A DNA stretch of 63,272 nt, counting the filler, from Welwitschia mirabilis (taxonomy: Eukaryota): assembly GCA_051453625.1 (NCBI GenBank). It is 5 parts of one record of this genome, joined end to end, with 100 filler letters (N's around TTAATTAATTAA, not from the genome) between each part and the next. Parts side by side here need not be neighbours in the genome. Positions count along the whole stretch, not along the records: positions 1 to 31,425 come from JBOZIK010000001.1; 4 more parts are not named here. One strand, given 5' to 3'. The translations under genes were made by a program, and so were the position numbers. Below, in pieces: positions 11,841-26,187 of the stretch (positions within the stretch are counted from its first letter, which is position 1; each line of letters opens with the position of its first letter). A model generated the notes under the pieces. It was given only the letters and a program-made list of their open reading frames with translations. It made no database searches and was not told the DNA's origin.

Positions 11841-13384
11841 TGATAGGATCAAAAACCTTGGAGGGTGAATAAGTTCTTTGAAAAAATTCCAACACAATAT
11901 TCTAAATGAATCTAATCTTAAAATAAAATTGCATATAATAATGAACTAATTTAAAATGTGCATAATATGAGAAAATAATAGAAGTAAAGAAATAAAAACT
12001 GAAAGCAAAAAAATACTAATTTAATGCAAGCCAAATTTATAGTGGTTTGGGAAACTTCCTACTCCACTTTCAATGATCAGCTTATCCTCAAGCTAGATCT
12101 TGGATCTTCGTTACTCCTCTAGGTATTTCAACTTTACTTGTAACCTTTACAAATGGACTTTTTAAGGCTTAGTCTCAACTGTTAGAATGGAGTTTTCAAG
12201 GCTGAGTCTCAACTTTCAGAATAGACTTTTCAAGGCTTAGTCTCAACCTTTAGAATGGACTTGTTAAGGCTTAGTTTTAACTTTTTACAAAGCAAGATAG
12301 TAATGTAATTATTCCTTCAGAGCAAGGATATCACTTATTTTTGATTTAGTAAATTTGATAGAGCTCTCCTCCTATAGAAGTAAAACAAATGAATTTTTTG
12401 ATTTAACCTTGAATATAGAGAGCATGAAAAAATAGATCCCCTTTAGTCAAAAATATAAATGCTAAGATACAATAGTGAAAGTTACTCAAATGCAATGCTT
12501 GATTCTTTAGATCCAATAGATTTATCCAAATGAAAATAGTTATAAAATGATTTCTGAGTCATCTATGTCTTAGATATTTATATTAGAAGGATTTTAGGAT
12601 TTATTATATTTTAAGTAAACTTCTAATGATTATACATGGATAGAAAAAGACTATCTAACAACTACATAATGGATACATAATGTTTAGAAATATTTTACTT
12701 CCATTTCGTCTGGTCGATTCAATAAAAACCTAGTTAACCCCATGTGATGCCATGAGTTACATAGGTTACTTAAGTGAGAAATTTGGTCATCCTAATTTCT
12801 TATAGCTCCCTATCCGGTTGACCTCATCTAGGTCCAGTCGACTCTAGTCTGGTTGCCCACTACTTTATTTGGTCACTTGCTCCTCTGATAAAATTCCTTT
12901 CTAGTTTTCTTGCATTAAGTCTACTTGACTCCTTGAGATGTCTGGTCAACTTCATGACAATTAGCTCAGGTGTACCAGCTATGTAGTGCTCAAGTCTAGT
13001 CGATCCCATTATAGATTCGGTTGACCCCTTATCATTCAGTCTATAAATACTATTTATTAGGTTCTCAAATCTAGTTGATCCCATAAAGATCCGGTCAATC
13101 CCTTTTCATTCAATTTAGGGAAATCTCAAGGTTATAGATCTAGTTGATTTCATTAAAAATTCGATTGACCCCTTTGGATGTAGTTCATTTTTCTACCTGC
13201 TTTAACTACAGTTGATCCCATCTTGAGAGTAAACAGATTAACAAGTTTTTACTACTCAAAAAGTTAATGACTTCAGTTCCATCATTTGACCTGCAAGTAA
13301 TTTAACATTTTCTGTATAAGATACATAAAATTTTCTATATAGAAAGCATTAATTTGACATCAATTAGCAAAACATAATCTAATA
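11841..13384 (-). repeat. 5' LTR of family A element (~1.54 kb)
   Basis: Homology to 2240-3840, adjacent PBS, outer terminus TG mutated to TA, TSD follows. Confidence 0.9.
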
Positions 13385-14755
13385 GGTTTTGCTAATGAGA
13401 GTTATAAGTTTTGAGTATGGATTATTTTTAGGATTTTACTATTATTGCCTTTGTGTTTACTTACTCATTGACTATATTTTGAAATAGAGGAATAGATGAA
13501 CATTCAGTGGTTTCATGAGTATCAATGTAGTAAATCAAACATTTAGGCTTAGTAACCATGAATGAAGGAGATGATGAGGAAGTTAACAACTAATTTTCTT
13601 ACTAATTCTTCTATTTTGTCATTCATCTTAAAACTTTTGAGAAACTTAAAAACACTTGTTAAACTAGCTAGTAATGTAATCTTGAGGGTTTAGTAGTTTA
13701 TTCTCAAATTTTTAAGATCTTAACTATACTTTCTAAGTAAACCCAAAACCTCACTAGGGACATGCTAAGAAAATTACCTCAGCTTATCATCTTAAATAAT
13801 TGATGATTATTGATAAATAATTGATTGTAGCAGAAACTTATTTTTCACTTATCTTAAACATGTTTAGGACATTTTAATAAAATGTTTTTAATAAAAGGTT
13901 TTTAAATTGTTCTAAGATCTAGAAAAATGATCATAATTTTTTAATTGAAAATTTATGATTTCTTTTCTTAGGACATTTGTGTTATGATTGGGAAATAATT
14001 TGGAGATTAAAGCTTTATTTAGATATATTCAAGTTATAATGGAGAAGGGTTTTAGGGCATAGGATAAGTCCAAGTTCATCATAAGTGCTAGGGTACTAAG
14101 AAATGATTGATAGAACACACTTAAATTCTTTAAGAGGGAGGTATAGGTTACCATTATTTAATCCATGAAAATGTGAAAAGAGTTGCATAGTGATGGTTTT
14201 GAATTCTAGCCTTTAATTAATGGATGATGGCATAATAGAAGAGGATATTCCAAAGATTTTTTATTAGAGGTAATCACATAGGATTTTCCTAGGTTAGTTA
14301 GTAGTAGTAGTGAGGTTATCTTGTCATTTGACTACTTTTTGAATAAAATAGTGGGCCATTAATCTAATGAGCATATCCTAGTTAGATAAAGATCCATTAA
14401 AGAGATCTTAAAGATTGATTGGATAATTTTCATTTTGTTGTGATTATTGTGATGAGGTATTTTGTTAATTAGTTTGATTATTTTAGAAGGTTAAGGTTTG
14501 ATCTCGTTGAAAAACATTACAAGCTTGGTTTCTGATCTCTTGCATTCTTTCATTATTAGTAAAGGGATCCATGTTGTTGCAAAGTAGTCTTCTAGATTAT
14601 GGATTCAATGCATATAAGAATAAGGTTTAGAAAAGCTATAGAAGTGTTTTTTGGATTAGATTTAATAAAGCCTATAAGTTGGAGAGGATTCTAGATCTTC
14701 AAAGAGCTATAATAAAAAGCACAAAATGTTTTTAGCTAAAAGGGTAATGGCACTA
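13385..14755 (-). pseudogene. Athila-like gag N-terminal part and leader (continuation of 308-2239)
   Basis: Starts MDPFTNNERMQEIR at 14572, contains an FHGLN..PY.PLKEF-type gag motif, and is colinear with the plus-strand copy at 16700-18100. Confidence 0.8.
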
Positions 14756-16064
14756 TGTTAATAGACAAACATTAATATTATGATTAAGTTTAATAACCAA
14801 TTAGTCTTAATGGAAGATATTAGTATTATTGATTTCATCATAAAAACATGTATTCTATTGATTTTTCTATTAATTATAAACTTAAATATTTTCCATGACA
14901 TTTTTAGGTTGCTTAAGCTTAATTAAAGGACATCACTTAATCTTATAATCATCAAAGCTAAAACATCAACACCACCATTCAAGACCACTAATGTTGCTTG
15001 CCTTTTGGTGTTAGATTTCCTTAAAACTCACATTCCTAAATTTTCATGAAAAATTGGATAAAATATAGTTATGGGATTGATATAATTCCACATCATAAAT
15101 TAATTGTATTCTTGATGATACATGACAATGATAATGAGTATTCATAGAATGACATTTGATAGGGTTGATTAGAATGACAGTGGAGAGATATGACATAGTC
15201 AAGGGTTGGCAGTAACTATGGCATTCCAAAGATAAGTGTTGATATCATCATAATAATTTTTACCAAATGGAAGAGATGACAAACTATCCTATCTAAAATA
15301 ATTATATAACTATCTACCTAATGCTATAAGCCAAGTGCTTCTAACAATTTCTCTCTTCCATATATCACTATAAAAGGGTCTTAAACCCTTCATTATATTA
15401 TCTTTAACTTGGAGAATTATAGAACCTTAATCATTAACTTGTGATGGCTTTCTAGATGACTATTTAAGGAAGTGAGCAATCCTTTAAGAATTGCTAATGA
15501 GTTCTTCCCACTTCTTTCTTCCTTTACTATAAAGCTATTCCTTGGTATAATGTAAAAGTTATGTTCCTTTGATTTCAATTCATGAGTAATATTATAATTA
15601 GCATGCTTAGGTAACTACTTTAATCATCAATTTTACTTAATTTTGTGAACTCCTTTTTATCACTTATTCTAAGTCTTTTAATTTCATAAATCTAAGTACT
15701 TTACAAGTTCTTAATTTTTTAGTATTATTTTAAGGCTAAAGTGTTAATTCAATTCACCATTATCATATGGTGGATGAAATTATTTCCCATAACTTTGACC
15801 AAAAGCACTTGATAAGTCTATGTATTTTAAAGAAAATAAATTTAATAACATTAAAATGAAGAATTACTTAGGATGAATTGATGATACCTTGGAGCTAGTT
15901 TGGTTCCCTTATTTCTTCAGATGAAGTTCAACTTAAAACTTTAAATACCATTTCCTATTTTTTTCTTTTCTTAAATTTGTAACTTACATTAAATTTTAGT
16001 TAGTATACATATGAACCTAAATCAATGTTATCCTTAAGGTTAGTTCATTATATTATGTTTATCA
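14756..16064 (+). repeat. Probable 5' LTR of a plus-strand Athila-like element
   Basis: Begins TGTT where homology of the minus element stops and ends TTTATCA just before the PBS. The left boundary is inferred. Confidence 0.55.
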
Positions 16065-16069
16065 AATTT

Positions 16070-16087
16070 TGGTGCTATTGTTAGGGA
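16070..16087 (+). promoter_or_regulatory. Degenerate tRNA-Asp PBS (TGGTGCTATTGTTAGGGA)
   Basis: Differs from TGGCGCCGTTGCCGGGGA only by C>T and G>A transitions. Confidence 0.75.
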
Positions 16088-16874
16088 TAATGGTACAATA
16101 GCAGCTTAGATGAGTACTACTTTTTCTTTTTGCAAGTTTTATACTAGCTTTTATTTCTTTAATTATGGGTACTAGTGCTTTTTCTAGTGATACCCAAACT
16201 GGTCTAATTTACTTGGTTTATGTGTTTAGCTCTCTTTCTAGTGATTAGTACTAGTTCTTTTTATGTTACCAAAAGTGATCCAACTTGTTTTAAAGTTTGT
16301 TTTTGATAATTTTATAACTTGTTTTATGTAGGTATAATGTTTTTTTATAGGCTAATTTTGAAGTTTAAAAAACTAAAAAACCTTGAAAAAATTTAATTAG
16401 ATTTTATGATGTATTATGCTTTTCTTTTATGATATAGTTTTTTCCTATATTTTTCTATTTTTGTTTCTATGTTTTCATTACATGCATAAAATTCTAAATT
16501 CTCTTAAAAATTTTCTTATGATATTAGTAATAATGGATTTAATTTTATTCACATTTTTTGTTTGGTTCTAATTCATTATAGCCTTATTATTATACTAAAT
16601 CTACACAAGATCAATAAACCTACATATGAAAACTGAATCTGTAATGCATAACTTGACTAGTGTTACTACGTTTCCTCATTAGCACCACTGTCCCCTTGGC
16701 CTATAACATCCTCAATTTTTGATATAATATTCTATGCAATCCTTAAAACCCAACCAACTTATAGGCCTAGTGAAATCTAACTTGAAAATAGTCTAAAACC
16801 TTCTTACAACCTTATGAGCTTGTTCTTACATGACTTGGACCTATGAAAAAACTAAAAGAATAATTCAAAACAAC

Positions 16875-19240
16875 ATGAATCCATATACAAATCATGAAGG
16901 AATGCAAGAAATTAGAAACTGAGCTCATGATGATTCCTAGATAGACCAAACCTCATCCTCCTAAAATAATTAAAACAATCAACAAACCGCCTTATTATAA
17001 TAACTATAGAAAAATCTAAATAACTGACTTAACCTTTAAGATTTCTTTAATGGATCTTTGTCTAATTATGAGATGCTTAATAAGTTAATAGCCTACTATT
17101 TCATCCAAGAAGTGGCCAAATAACAAGATGCCCTCACGGCTGCTACTAACCACCTCAAGTAAAACCTACATGATTACCTCTAATTAAAAAGCCTAAGAAT
17201 ACCCTCTTGTATAGTGCTGCCACCCATTAACTAGAGGCTAAAATTCAAAGCTTTCATGATTAAAGTCTTACCTCATTTCCATGGATTAGAGTCTGATGAC
17301 TCATACCTCCATCTCAAAGATTTTAAGTTTATCCTATCAATTGTTACTCAGTACCTAAAACTCATGATGCATGTTGGCATATCCTTTTTTTTTTTTTTTA
17401 AAAAAAGAGAAAGTGAAATTCTAGTTATACATTCTTAGAGTCTTCTCCATTGCAAATTAAAAAGACCTAAGTAAATCTTTTATCTCCAAGTTCTTTCTCA
17501 ATTATAAGACAAATGTCCAAATAAAAAAAAAATAAATTTTTAATAGAACAATTTCAAAACCTTTTTAGCAAATCCTAGGATAATTTAAAGACATTTTATT
17601 AAAATGTGACCAACATGATTTTAAGCTAGGCAAATAAATAAGTTTCTTTTATGATGGATTGTCCACCAATAAGTGCCAATTAGTAGAGATGATAAGTCAA
17701 GATAGTTTTCTTAATATGCCCCTAGAAAAGACATGAGAGTATTTAAAAAGTTGAAAAATTAGGAAAAACCTACTAAACCCTCAAGATTAGATCATCTAGA
17801 TAGGTTAACAAGTGTTTTTTAAGTTTCCTAAAAATTTTGAGATGAATAACAAAATAGATAAATTAGTAAGAAAGCTAGAATTCTTATTCACCTCATCTTC
17901 ACCCTCATCCATGTTCATTAAGCCTATTTGTTTTATTTGCTATTTGATACCCATGAAACAACTGAATGTCCTTCCATCCTTTTATTAATGAATAAGTTAA
18001 GGCAATAGGAAAATAGAGGAAAAATATGAAAAATGATCTATACTTAAACACATATAATTGTAGGTGAAGGAACCATTTTAATTTTTCTTGAAAGTAAGAT
18101 AACTAAATTAATTAACCAAGAAACTCATATCCTTCATCATCCTCTAATCCATTTTAAAAAAATTATAAAAAACCATTATCATCTAACCTATTGGAGAAAA
18201 CTTTCAAAATGTTTATGAAATCACAATCACAGATAAATCAAATACTTGAACAAAGCATACACTAACTTCAATAAATTACCACTCACATCCTTTCATTAAT
18301 AAATCAAAGGAAAATAAACTCCTCATGAGTGCTCAACCAAATCCCAAAGAAGTTAGATTTCTAACAGAAGGGTCAAACCACTTAGAACAAACTAAGGCAA
18401 TTCATCCTAGAATTGGCATAAATATTAATCTAGTGTTAACATAGAGTAAATCTAAAGATGAACGAAAAATTAAAGAAAAAGAAAGAACTCCTTACTAAGA
18501 ATTTTTACTTTTTTCTTAAGCTTGAAATCAAGAAAAGGTGATAGTAATAAAAGAATTTCTACTTACATATAAAGAGCCTCTACCTTTTCTCTAGCATCTT
18601 AGAAAGGAGAACATTGAGCAATAACAACTTAAGGCCTTAGATATTTTTAAGGAAATCAAAATCAACATGCCTCTTTTAGAAGTAATTAAAAATGTACCTT
18701 CTTATGCAAAATTCCTTAAAGATATGTGCACCATAAAAAGACACATACATGTTAAAAGTAAAGCCTTACTTAGCTCAGCAAATAAGTGTAATAATTGAAA
18801 ACCAAATTCCATATAAGTATAAAGATCCAAGTTGCACCACAATAGGTATTACAATTGGATATAAAAATACGAAGTACAGGTCTTATTAGATTTGAGAGTA
18901 AGTATCAATATTTTACTCCATAATATTTATAAGGAATTTGGTTTAGATAAATTAAATGGACTAAAATCTAATTGTAATTGGTAAAAAATTTTGTGAGGTT
19001 ACCCTTAAGAATAGTTAAGGATATAATAGTTCTAGTTATAGCTGCTATTTCCTAGCCAACTTCATAGTCTTAGATATAGATGCAATGAAATGCAATTTAG
19101 TGTCTATCAATTTAGGAATACCTTTTCTCATAACTTCAAATGATTTAATCAACTATAGGAATGGCTAAATGATAATCCCATTTGGTAACATAAACTTAAA
19201 TATTTTAAATATAATGAAATTACTAGGCAATACTAAAGGC
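16875..19240 (+). pseudogene. Degenerate Athila-like gag-protease
   Basis: LPHFHGLESDDSYLHLKDF, RNHFNFS, INMPLLEVIKNVPSYAKFLKDMC, LLDLRVSINIL. No recognisable RT follows. Confidence 0.85.
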
Positions 19241-19619
19241 TAATTGAATTAATAAAACTTATGACTTTGAATGTTCTCCTCTTGAGCCAAATATTTCTGA
19301 TTCTTTACTATCTTTTGATTATTGCTTCTCCAACTCTAAACCTAATAGTCATAATTCTTTTGAGTTTTCTATAATAACTCATCCTAGAAACTAAGTTTTA
19401 CCTACGAATGATTTCCTTATGAGCACAAGATCACATAATTATCACTTCTCTCATCACCCATTTGACTCTTACCATTCACCAAATTTACTTTTAAATTACT
19501 TCAATAAGCTCAAAAATCACTTACCTAACCATCAAACCATAAAATTCTAAGGCTTACTAAACTATGTTAAAACCTATTAAAGAAATCAATAATAAGCAAT
19601 CACAATATCACCTAAGTAA

Positions 19620-20599
19620 TGGTTAATATTGAGTTTACTTATGGATTTTTAAGAAAAATTATGCTTATTTTGAGTATGTTGGTTAAGAACACATTTAGTC
19701 AGGATCTTTGGTTTTAGCAAGTTTTGGTTAAAAAGGTGCGATTTGACTTCACATGTACTCCTTAAGTAAAAAACCTTTAAAGAGGACAAGATTTGTCTTA
19801 ACTTAACTAATGAGCCAATGACCCCCTAAAGTGCATAAAAAATGACATGAGAAGATGGAGAATAGAAAATACTAATAATACTTATCACTTAGTTGGGTTT
19901 AGTTACCTACATCAAAGCCACAAACTCTTGCTAGTAATCTAGCTCTAATGATATAATTGTGACATGTTCAACTACATTAGCACTATAAAAGCTTACTAGT
20001 AATGCAATCTTAATTTTTGCAAATACAACATGCTTAACTCTATTGGTAGAAAATCTTATAATATTGAATTCTCAATGTGATTTAAAGGAATAATAATAAG
20101 AACATATGTGAAGGTATAAATAGGAAATAAAGAAATAACAAAGGTGGAAATTAAAGGCTTTATGTGAACTGTTGTCTCTTAACCTTCATACTTAAGATTC
20201 ACTACATTTTCTTAAATTTGTATAAGTTACTAGATTAAGAATTTACTTCGTTAACATCGAGATCCAATAAAAATACAAAAATATAATAAAAGGGCCATTA
20301 ACTTAGAAATGTTTATCAACATATTCATTATTTTATGATTTAGTTTATTTAATGCATTTACCATATTAATCTTACTCCAATTTACTTCACTTCAGTTTAC
20401 TTCATCATCATTTTTATAAGAACTAAATCCTAAGGCACAAAATCATTTTTATTGATCAACCTTTCACTTAGCATTATTTTACTATAGATAGTTTTTCCTT
20501 TTCCTTAGTAATTTTTTTTTGTTTTACTATAGTTATTTCTTGGCTTAGTCGTATGGTTTTTACCAAAAAAACTCTTTACAATTTACTCTACGTCTTATG
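19620..20599. repeat. Unassigned non-coding repeat, possibly an LTR fragment
   Basis: Non-coding, composition resembles an LTR, interrupted by the insertion at 20600. No second copy seen in this window. Confidence 0.25.
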
Positions 20600-23454
20600 T
20601 ATTAAGTTATATTGTCAAATTGATGTTAAACTAACATTTTTGGTATAGTCTAATATGTTGCAACTATTTTAGGTTAATAAAGTTTTATAGGATAGAAGTA
20701 AATTAATATTTTTGTCAAATCACACTCTTGTATAGAAAATTATCAAAATTACTAAGGGATCAATCAAACTCTATAAGGGGTTAACCAAACTTATACAAAT
20801 ATAGTCGATTAGATCCCATTAGGGATTGACTAGATCTTGGATTAGTAAAACTATTAAAACTTATAAGTGATTGACTAGACTCTATAAGGGGTCAACTGGA
20901 CTTGGATAAAGGTAGTTGACTAGAAATTAAATTAGGTTAACTAGATAATGTAATATAAGATGATCAGATTAACCAATAGGAAGTTGGATCAATTAACTTT
21001 AGTGATGGCAACTAATCAAGTCGACTGAATATTTTGAGAGATCAACCAATTACAATGGAAATGGAACTTTTAAGAACGTTTTCTAGTCATTAACCTTTTA
21101 ATACCTAGCCATTGAAGTATTAAATTCAATTTTTATTATAAAAATTTATCTTTTATATAAGCCAAATTGATAAGAACCTTTGACACTAATGGTTCCAAAA
21201 GAAAATCACATTTGTACTTTTCATACGTATTGGTTAAAAAGAAACTTCATGATTTTGTACTTATGAATTTCTTTTTAAGTAGTGCATTTCATCCTTATTG
21301 TACTTCAAATTTGATGAAGCTAGTGCATTAAGGAATACTATCCTCACCAAAATATTTACTCTATAAAGATTAATAATAAGCTTCAAAAGTCTACTTATAA
21401 AGATTATAGGTTAATCTAGAAACCTAAAAAGATAGTAATAAAGATTTGGACCAACTTAGAATTGAAGTTGATAGCCAAGTATAGAGTAGCAAGATTTCTT
21501 AAATCCCTATAAATAATTTTATTTGATGTACTTCTTGTTTATTTTTATTTTAGTTATTTCCTTATAGTTTTTACCATTAAAATTCATCTGACAGTATCTA
21601 TTCTCCTTTTCAAATATATTTTTATTTTTCTTATGTATGTTTTTAAGAATTTTTTTTTTTTAAACATATTCATCCTCCTCTAGGATTTATAAATTCTTCA
21701 TTTAGTATTAGAGCTCTAGGTTAAACCAATACTACTATTTTAGCTAATCTTTAACTTAATAACCCTAGCTATGAGTTCTATTATAAAAGGTCTCTCTATT
21801 TTTAGGCTTTACTATTTGATGGAATAAAACTATGAATATTGGAAGGCTAGAATGAGAATATTATTAATATTTCTTAATGTAGATTATGAAGATATATTGG
21901 TCAAAGATTATAATCATCCTAACATAATACAAAAGAATGTTAAAGGCAATATTATAGTTGTGTTAAAACCAAAAGATTAATAAACTTCATTAGATAAAGC
22001 TAATGCTTTTTTTGATGCTCATGCTTTGAATTTAATTTTTTGTGTTCTAACTACAAATGAGTTCAAAAGAATAGCAAACTACAAGACTATCAAAAAATCA
22101 TGGAATATTCTTGCTAGTACTCATAAAGGGACATCCACTATCAAGCACGCAAAGATGTAGATGACGATTACAAAATTTATAGATATTAAGATGGATGAGG
22201 AAGAGATGCTTTAGGAATTTTTTTCTAGACTAATAGACATTGTAAAATCCATGGATAATCTTCAAAATAAAGGGAGGATCTAGAATAGTAAGGAAGGCCT
22301 TAAGATCTCTTCCTAAGATATTTAAATCAAAGGTGACTACAATCAAAGAAAGTAAAGATATCAATAAGATGCTAGTAGATGAACTACAAGGTAGCCTTTA
22401 AACTTATGAGAAAATTTTTTAAGAATAAAAAGAAAATATTTGCTTTAAAAAGTCTATAAAAAATACAAAAAGTAATAGATTAGAAGATGAATTAGATGAA
22501 CAAGCTCTTTTAATAATAAAAATTTAAAACATTTTTATCAAGAAGAAGAGATGAAAAAATCAGCAAAGGTTAAGGCATATGGAAACTAATTATGCCAATA
22601 AAAAGAAACTAAAGGATCTAAAGAAGCCATTATGAGTAGCCACTTGGGATAACCTTAAATAAGATGAAGAAGAAAGCTTAGAGAAAGAATCTAAAGCAAT
22701 TAGAACATTATCTTTCATAGCACTTGTAACCCCCCTGACTCAGTTACTAAAGTTTACTAACCATGATGATTTGGACATGATTGAAGATGAAGAATAGGAA
22801 GATGCTGAAGACACATGTTACAAACTATATTAAGAATACAAAAAGCTTAATCTAAAATTCAATGAACTAAACAAGATCATCAAGGATTTGAGAAGGGATC
22901 GCAAAGACATAAATCAAAGATATAAAGAGACTAAAAATGAAAACACATGTTTCATAAAGAATTTAAGCTAGTCTTCACAAGCCTTGAGCAAATTCATAGA
23001 AGAATCAAAGAAAGTTTAGAAGATACTTAGATTGGAAAAACGTGTACATGATAAAAAGAAATTTTCCTTTAAAGGCAATAGTGCATCAACATCATCCAGT
23101 GAGATAAGTATTAAAGGTATAACATTTTCTACTAGAAATATCACTTGCTATTATCGTTGCAAACTTGGTCATTAAAAATTTACCTATTCATATAGAAAAA
23201 AATATGTGTTTTGTAAAGATTAATGATTTATCATTTAAATTTATTTCCAAATAAGTCTCTCTCCAGAAATCAAGAAAGACCATGTATATAAAAGCTAAGC
23301 ATCTGAAGTCTTTTTAATCCAAGCAACTTTCGACATTAGTAATGGCTCTTTTTGGTAATGTAATTAATTATCTTTACTTAGTTTAAGTTGTTAATTTAAT
23401 TATTTTTTTTACTACATTATTTTTGCTAGGCTATTAATTATTATAATATGATGT
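20600..23454 (+). mobile_element. SIRE-like gag-only element (family B), 5' part: LTR 20600-21700, PBS 21703-21714, gag 21771-~23360
   Basis: LTR start matches 59348 onward. Degenerate iMet PBS TAGTATTAGAGC. The gag NYEYWKARMRI region is colinear with 43182-44950. Interrupted by an Athila LTR at 23455. Confidence 0.85.
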
Positions 23455-24712
23455 TATTACACTACCAAATTGTAAACATTTAATAAGGTATTTTGAGTAG
23501 TTTTTCAAGACATTAGATAGGTTTATGCTAAGTTTTAATGATAATGGAGAGATAAAGTAAATTTCTTGAAAACATGCAATCTTTATTATATTTGATAACA
23601 TTTAAGACAAATTATAATAATTCCTATTCAAAGCAAAAATCTTATAATCAAAGAGGTTAATTTAACATAAGAAACATATTTATAAGGTCCATTATCCACC
23701 TTATCATCTAGATAACTTTACAAATGACAGAAGAACTTCTGCTAATTAGGATGCTTACTATACTAATCTAGAAGTTTATGTGAATCCTATATGATGTGGA
23801 ATTAATTCCTATGATGCATGAATGACTAATAGAATAACACATAAATATAAATGTTCATCAAACTTTGCTAAACCTTCGTTATGTATTATAGACCTTTTTG
23901 AATGGTTGTTCAGATTTTACTATGTCTATTAGTATTTGCTATGTTTAGAGTTTTTATTTGTAATAAATACCTCCTTCATCCTCAACTCTAACTTTACCTT
24001 TTTTGGCGTAAAAAATTCTCATGACGGAAGATCAAAGTGTAGAAAAATCTATTCTTGTAGTTATAGAGAGATGTCTTCCTTGGTATTGGTCTATGTATTC
24101 TTTATTGAGATGCTACTACTTTGTAACGTGGATGTTGGTTGAATATAATCAAAACTCTATTTTTATTTATATATCTTTCATTATATCATCTTTCTTATGA
24201 TTTATATTACTTATAATTTTATGACAGCTTCATCTATGATATAGATGATAATGACAACCTTTGTTAAGTTTGATACTAGTAGTTTAGGTGCATTGCATTT
24301 TATTTCCTATATTAGCTTTGCATTATTTTCATATTTTATTTGATATATCTAATATCTTAGGTTGGTTTTAGTCTAATAAAAATTTTCCTTAAGTGATCTA
24401 GATTATATAGGACTAATCTTCATAATAGATTTATTTAGTAATCAAATAGATGTTGCATTTAGATTAGTCTTGAATTTCATCTGCATAGTATGTTTACTTG
24501 CATTTGTTTACTTTACATTGTTATTTTATTCTACTTATAAAGTACATAAATATTTCATCTAAAATTAATTCTATTTCTTCTTGCTTATGCCTTTGATAAA
24601 ATTACAACATTCAAGTCCACTTGTCTATATTAGTGTGTTATGTTTATGCATATATTTTTGATTGATAAGATTTTACTAAGGATGTAATGTTGCATAAATA
24701 TGCACCACAACA
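23455..24712 (+). repeat. 5' LTR of Athila-like element
   Basis: Start TATTACACTACC matches the LTR start TGTTGCACTGCC (48438, minus). Ends GCACCACAACA, followed by a degenerate Asp PBS at 24716-24733. Confidence 0.8.
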
Positions 24713-25149
24713 TCTTGGTATAGTTGTCAAGGAAGGCTACTTAGATTTTGAGTATTGTCATTGCTTAAATAAGTAGTTTATATTTCAGTTCTAGCATTTG
24801 TTTATAGTAGCATTACATATTTACAATAGAATTGTAGGTTTTTCTTTTTACATTTTTCCATTTGCATTTCGAAAATAACACTTTATCATTCCCTTCATTG
24901 TTGAGATAATGCATGGTGATGATGACATATGAAAATAGGGTTTTCTTTTATTTTCATAAGCATTAGGATTTTTCCTATCATTTCCTCTATCATTTAAATG
25001 ACTCAAAGGAAAATTGTCTGTTTTCATTCTGTGTTATTTCATAATCCTATTTTCTTTTTTTTTATTTTTAGGTTTTTGTGTCTTTTATCATCTAGGTACA
25101 TCATTTAGATGACCATAGAGATAATGTTTACAAAAATAGAACTAAGAAT

Positions 25150-26187
25150 GCTAAGACATGGTAAACTTTAATAAAAAGATGAAGTATCAAAGAGAGTGGC
25201 TATTGATTGAAAAAAAATCTTAGAAGGTTTGATTGATTATGAACTAAATCCAAGTACGTACATCCTAGGTATGTAAAATATTTTAAGAATTAAGCAAGAA
25301 GATTGTTTTCCATTTATTATTTTAAAATATTTTTTTAAAATAAAATTTTTTGAGAAAAGGTTCAGAATTAAATAGTATTATTATAATGTTGAATTCTATG
25401 CAAAACCAAAAAAAAGTATCTTTACCTAATTCTCCTATCATGATAGGAACCCCTATTATCCCCATTAATCTAAACATTAATGTCACTCTTAAAGAACTAA
25501 TTGCAAATAAAAAGTATGAAATCCAAAATCCTTTTAGCCTACTCCTGGTGATGATGTTGAGTTAAAAAATCTAAATGTATATCTTATTTTTATTAGGGAA
25601 AATGATGAAGATCCCCTTCAACATATAGCCGATATTGAATAATTAGTAATTACTTTATAAAATGGTAAAAAAAAATTAGTGATCATATTTACATGGTTAT
25701 TTTTCCCATAATATTAAAAGGGAAAAAAAACTATGGCTAAGAACTATTTCATATAAAAGCTTAAAAACATGAAACCAAATTCAAGAAGCCTTTATAAAAA
25801 GATTTATGAGCAAAACAAAATAAGAAAAAGAAAGAAAGAGCTAATAAATTTTCAATAACAACTTAATGAAGATTATACCACTACAAAATAATGATTTTTC
25901 ATTATAATTCATTTTAATCCCATTGATGCATTTACTTAAAAAGGGTTAATAGACTCTTTCTATAGTGGACTAAATAGCCAAACTAAACAACTTATAGATT
26001 TTTCATGTGATGTAAACTTAATGAATCTCACTTATTAAAATGCATGAAGGTTGTTGAAATAATTAGTAAAAGTAAGTCAAACATGGCCTAAACTAACATC
26101 CAAAGAAAATCATACTGTAAGCCAAATCACAAAGACCTTAAAGAAGTAAAATAAGAAAAGGAAGAAGTAAAAGAAAAAAAAGAACCA
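25150..26187 (+). pseudogene. Degenerate Athila-like gag (N-terminal half)
   Basis: RENDEDPLQHI and IQEAFIKRF motifs; colinear with 51780-52750 (minus). Cut by the LTR at 26188. Confidence 0.75.

Larger units (their letters stand above)
2240..13384 (-). mobile_element. SIRE/Sirevirus-like Copia element (family A), non-autonomous, with repeated internal units
   Basis: Two homologous LTRs (2240-3840, 11841-13384), TSD GGTTT at 2235-2239 and 13385-13389, tRNA-iMet PBS and PPT. Removing it restores the host gag motif YNSH*QNHPNFS (YNPGWRNHPNFSW-like). Confidence 0.9.
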
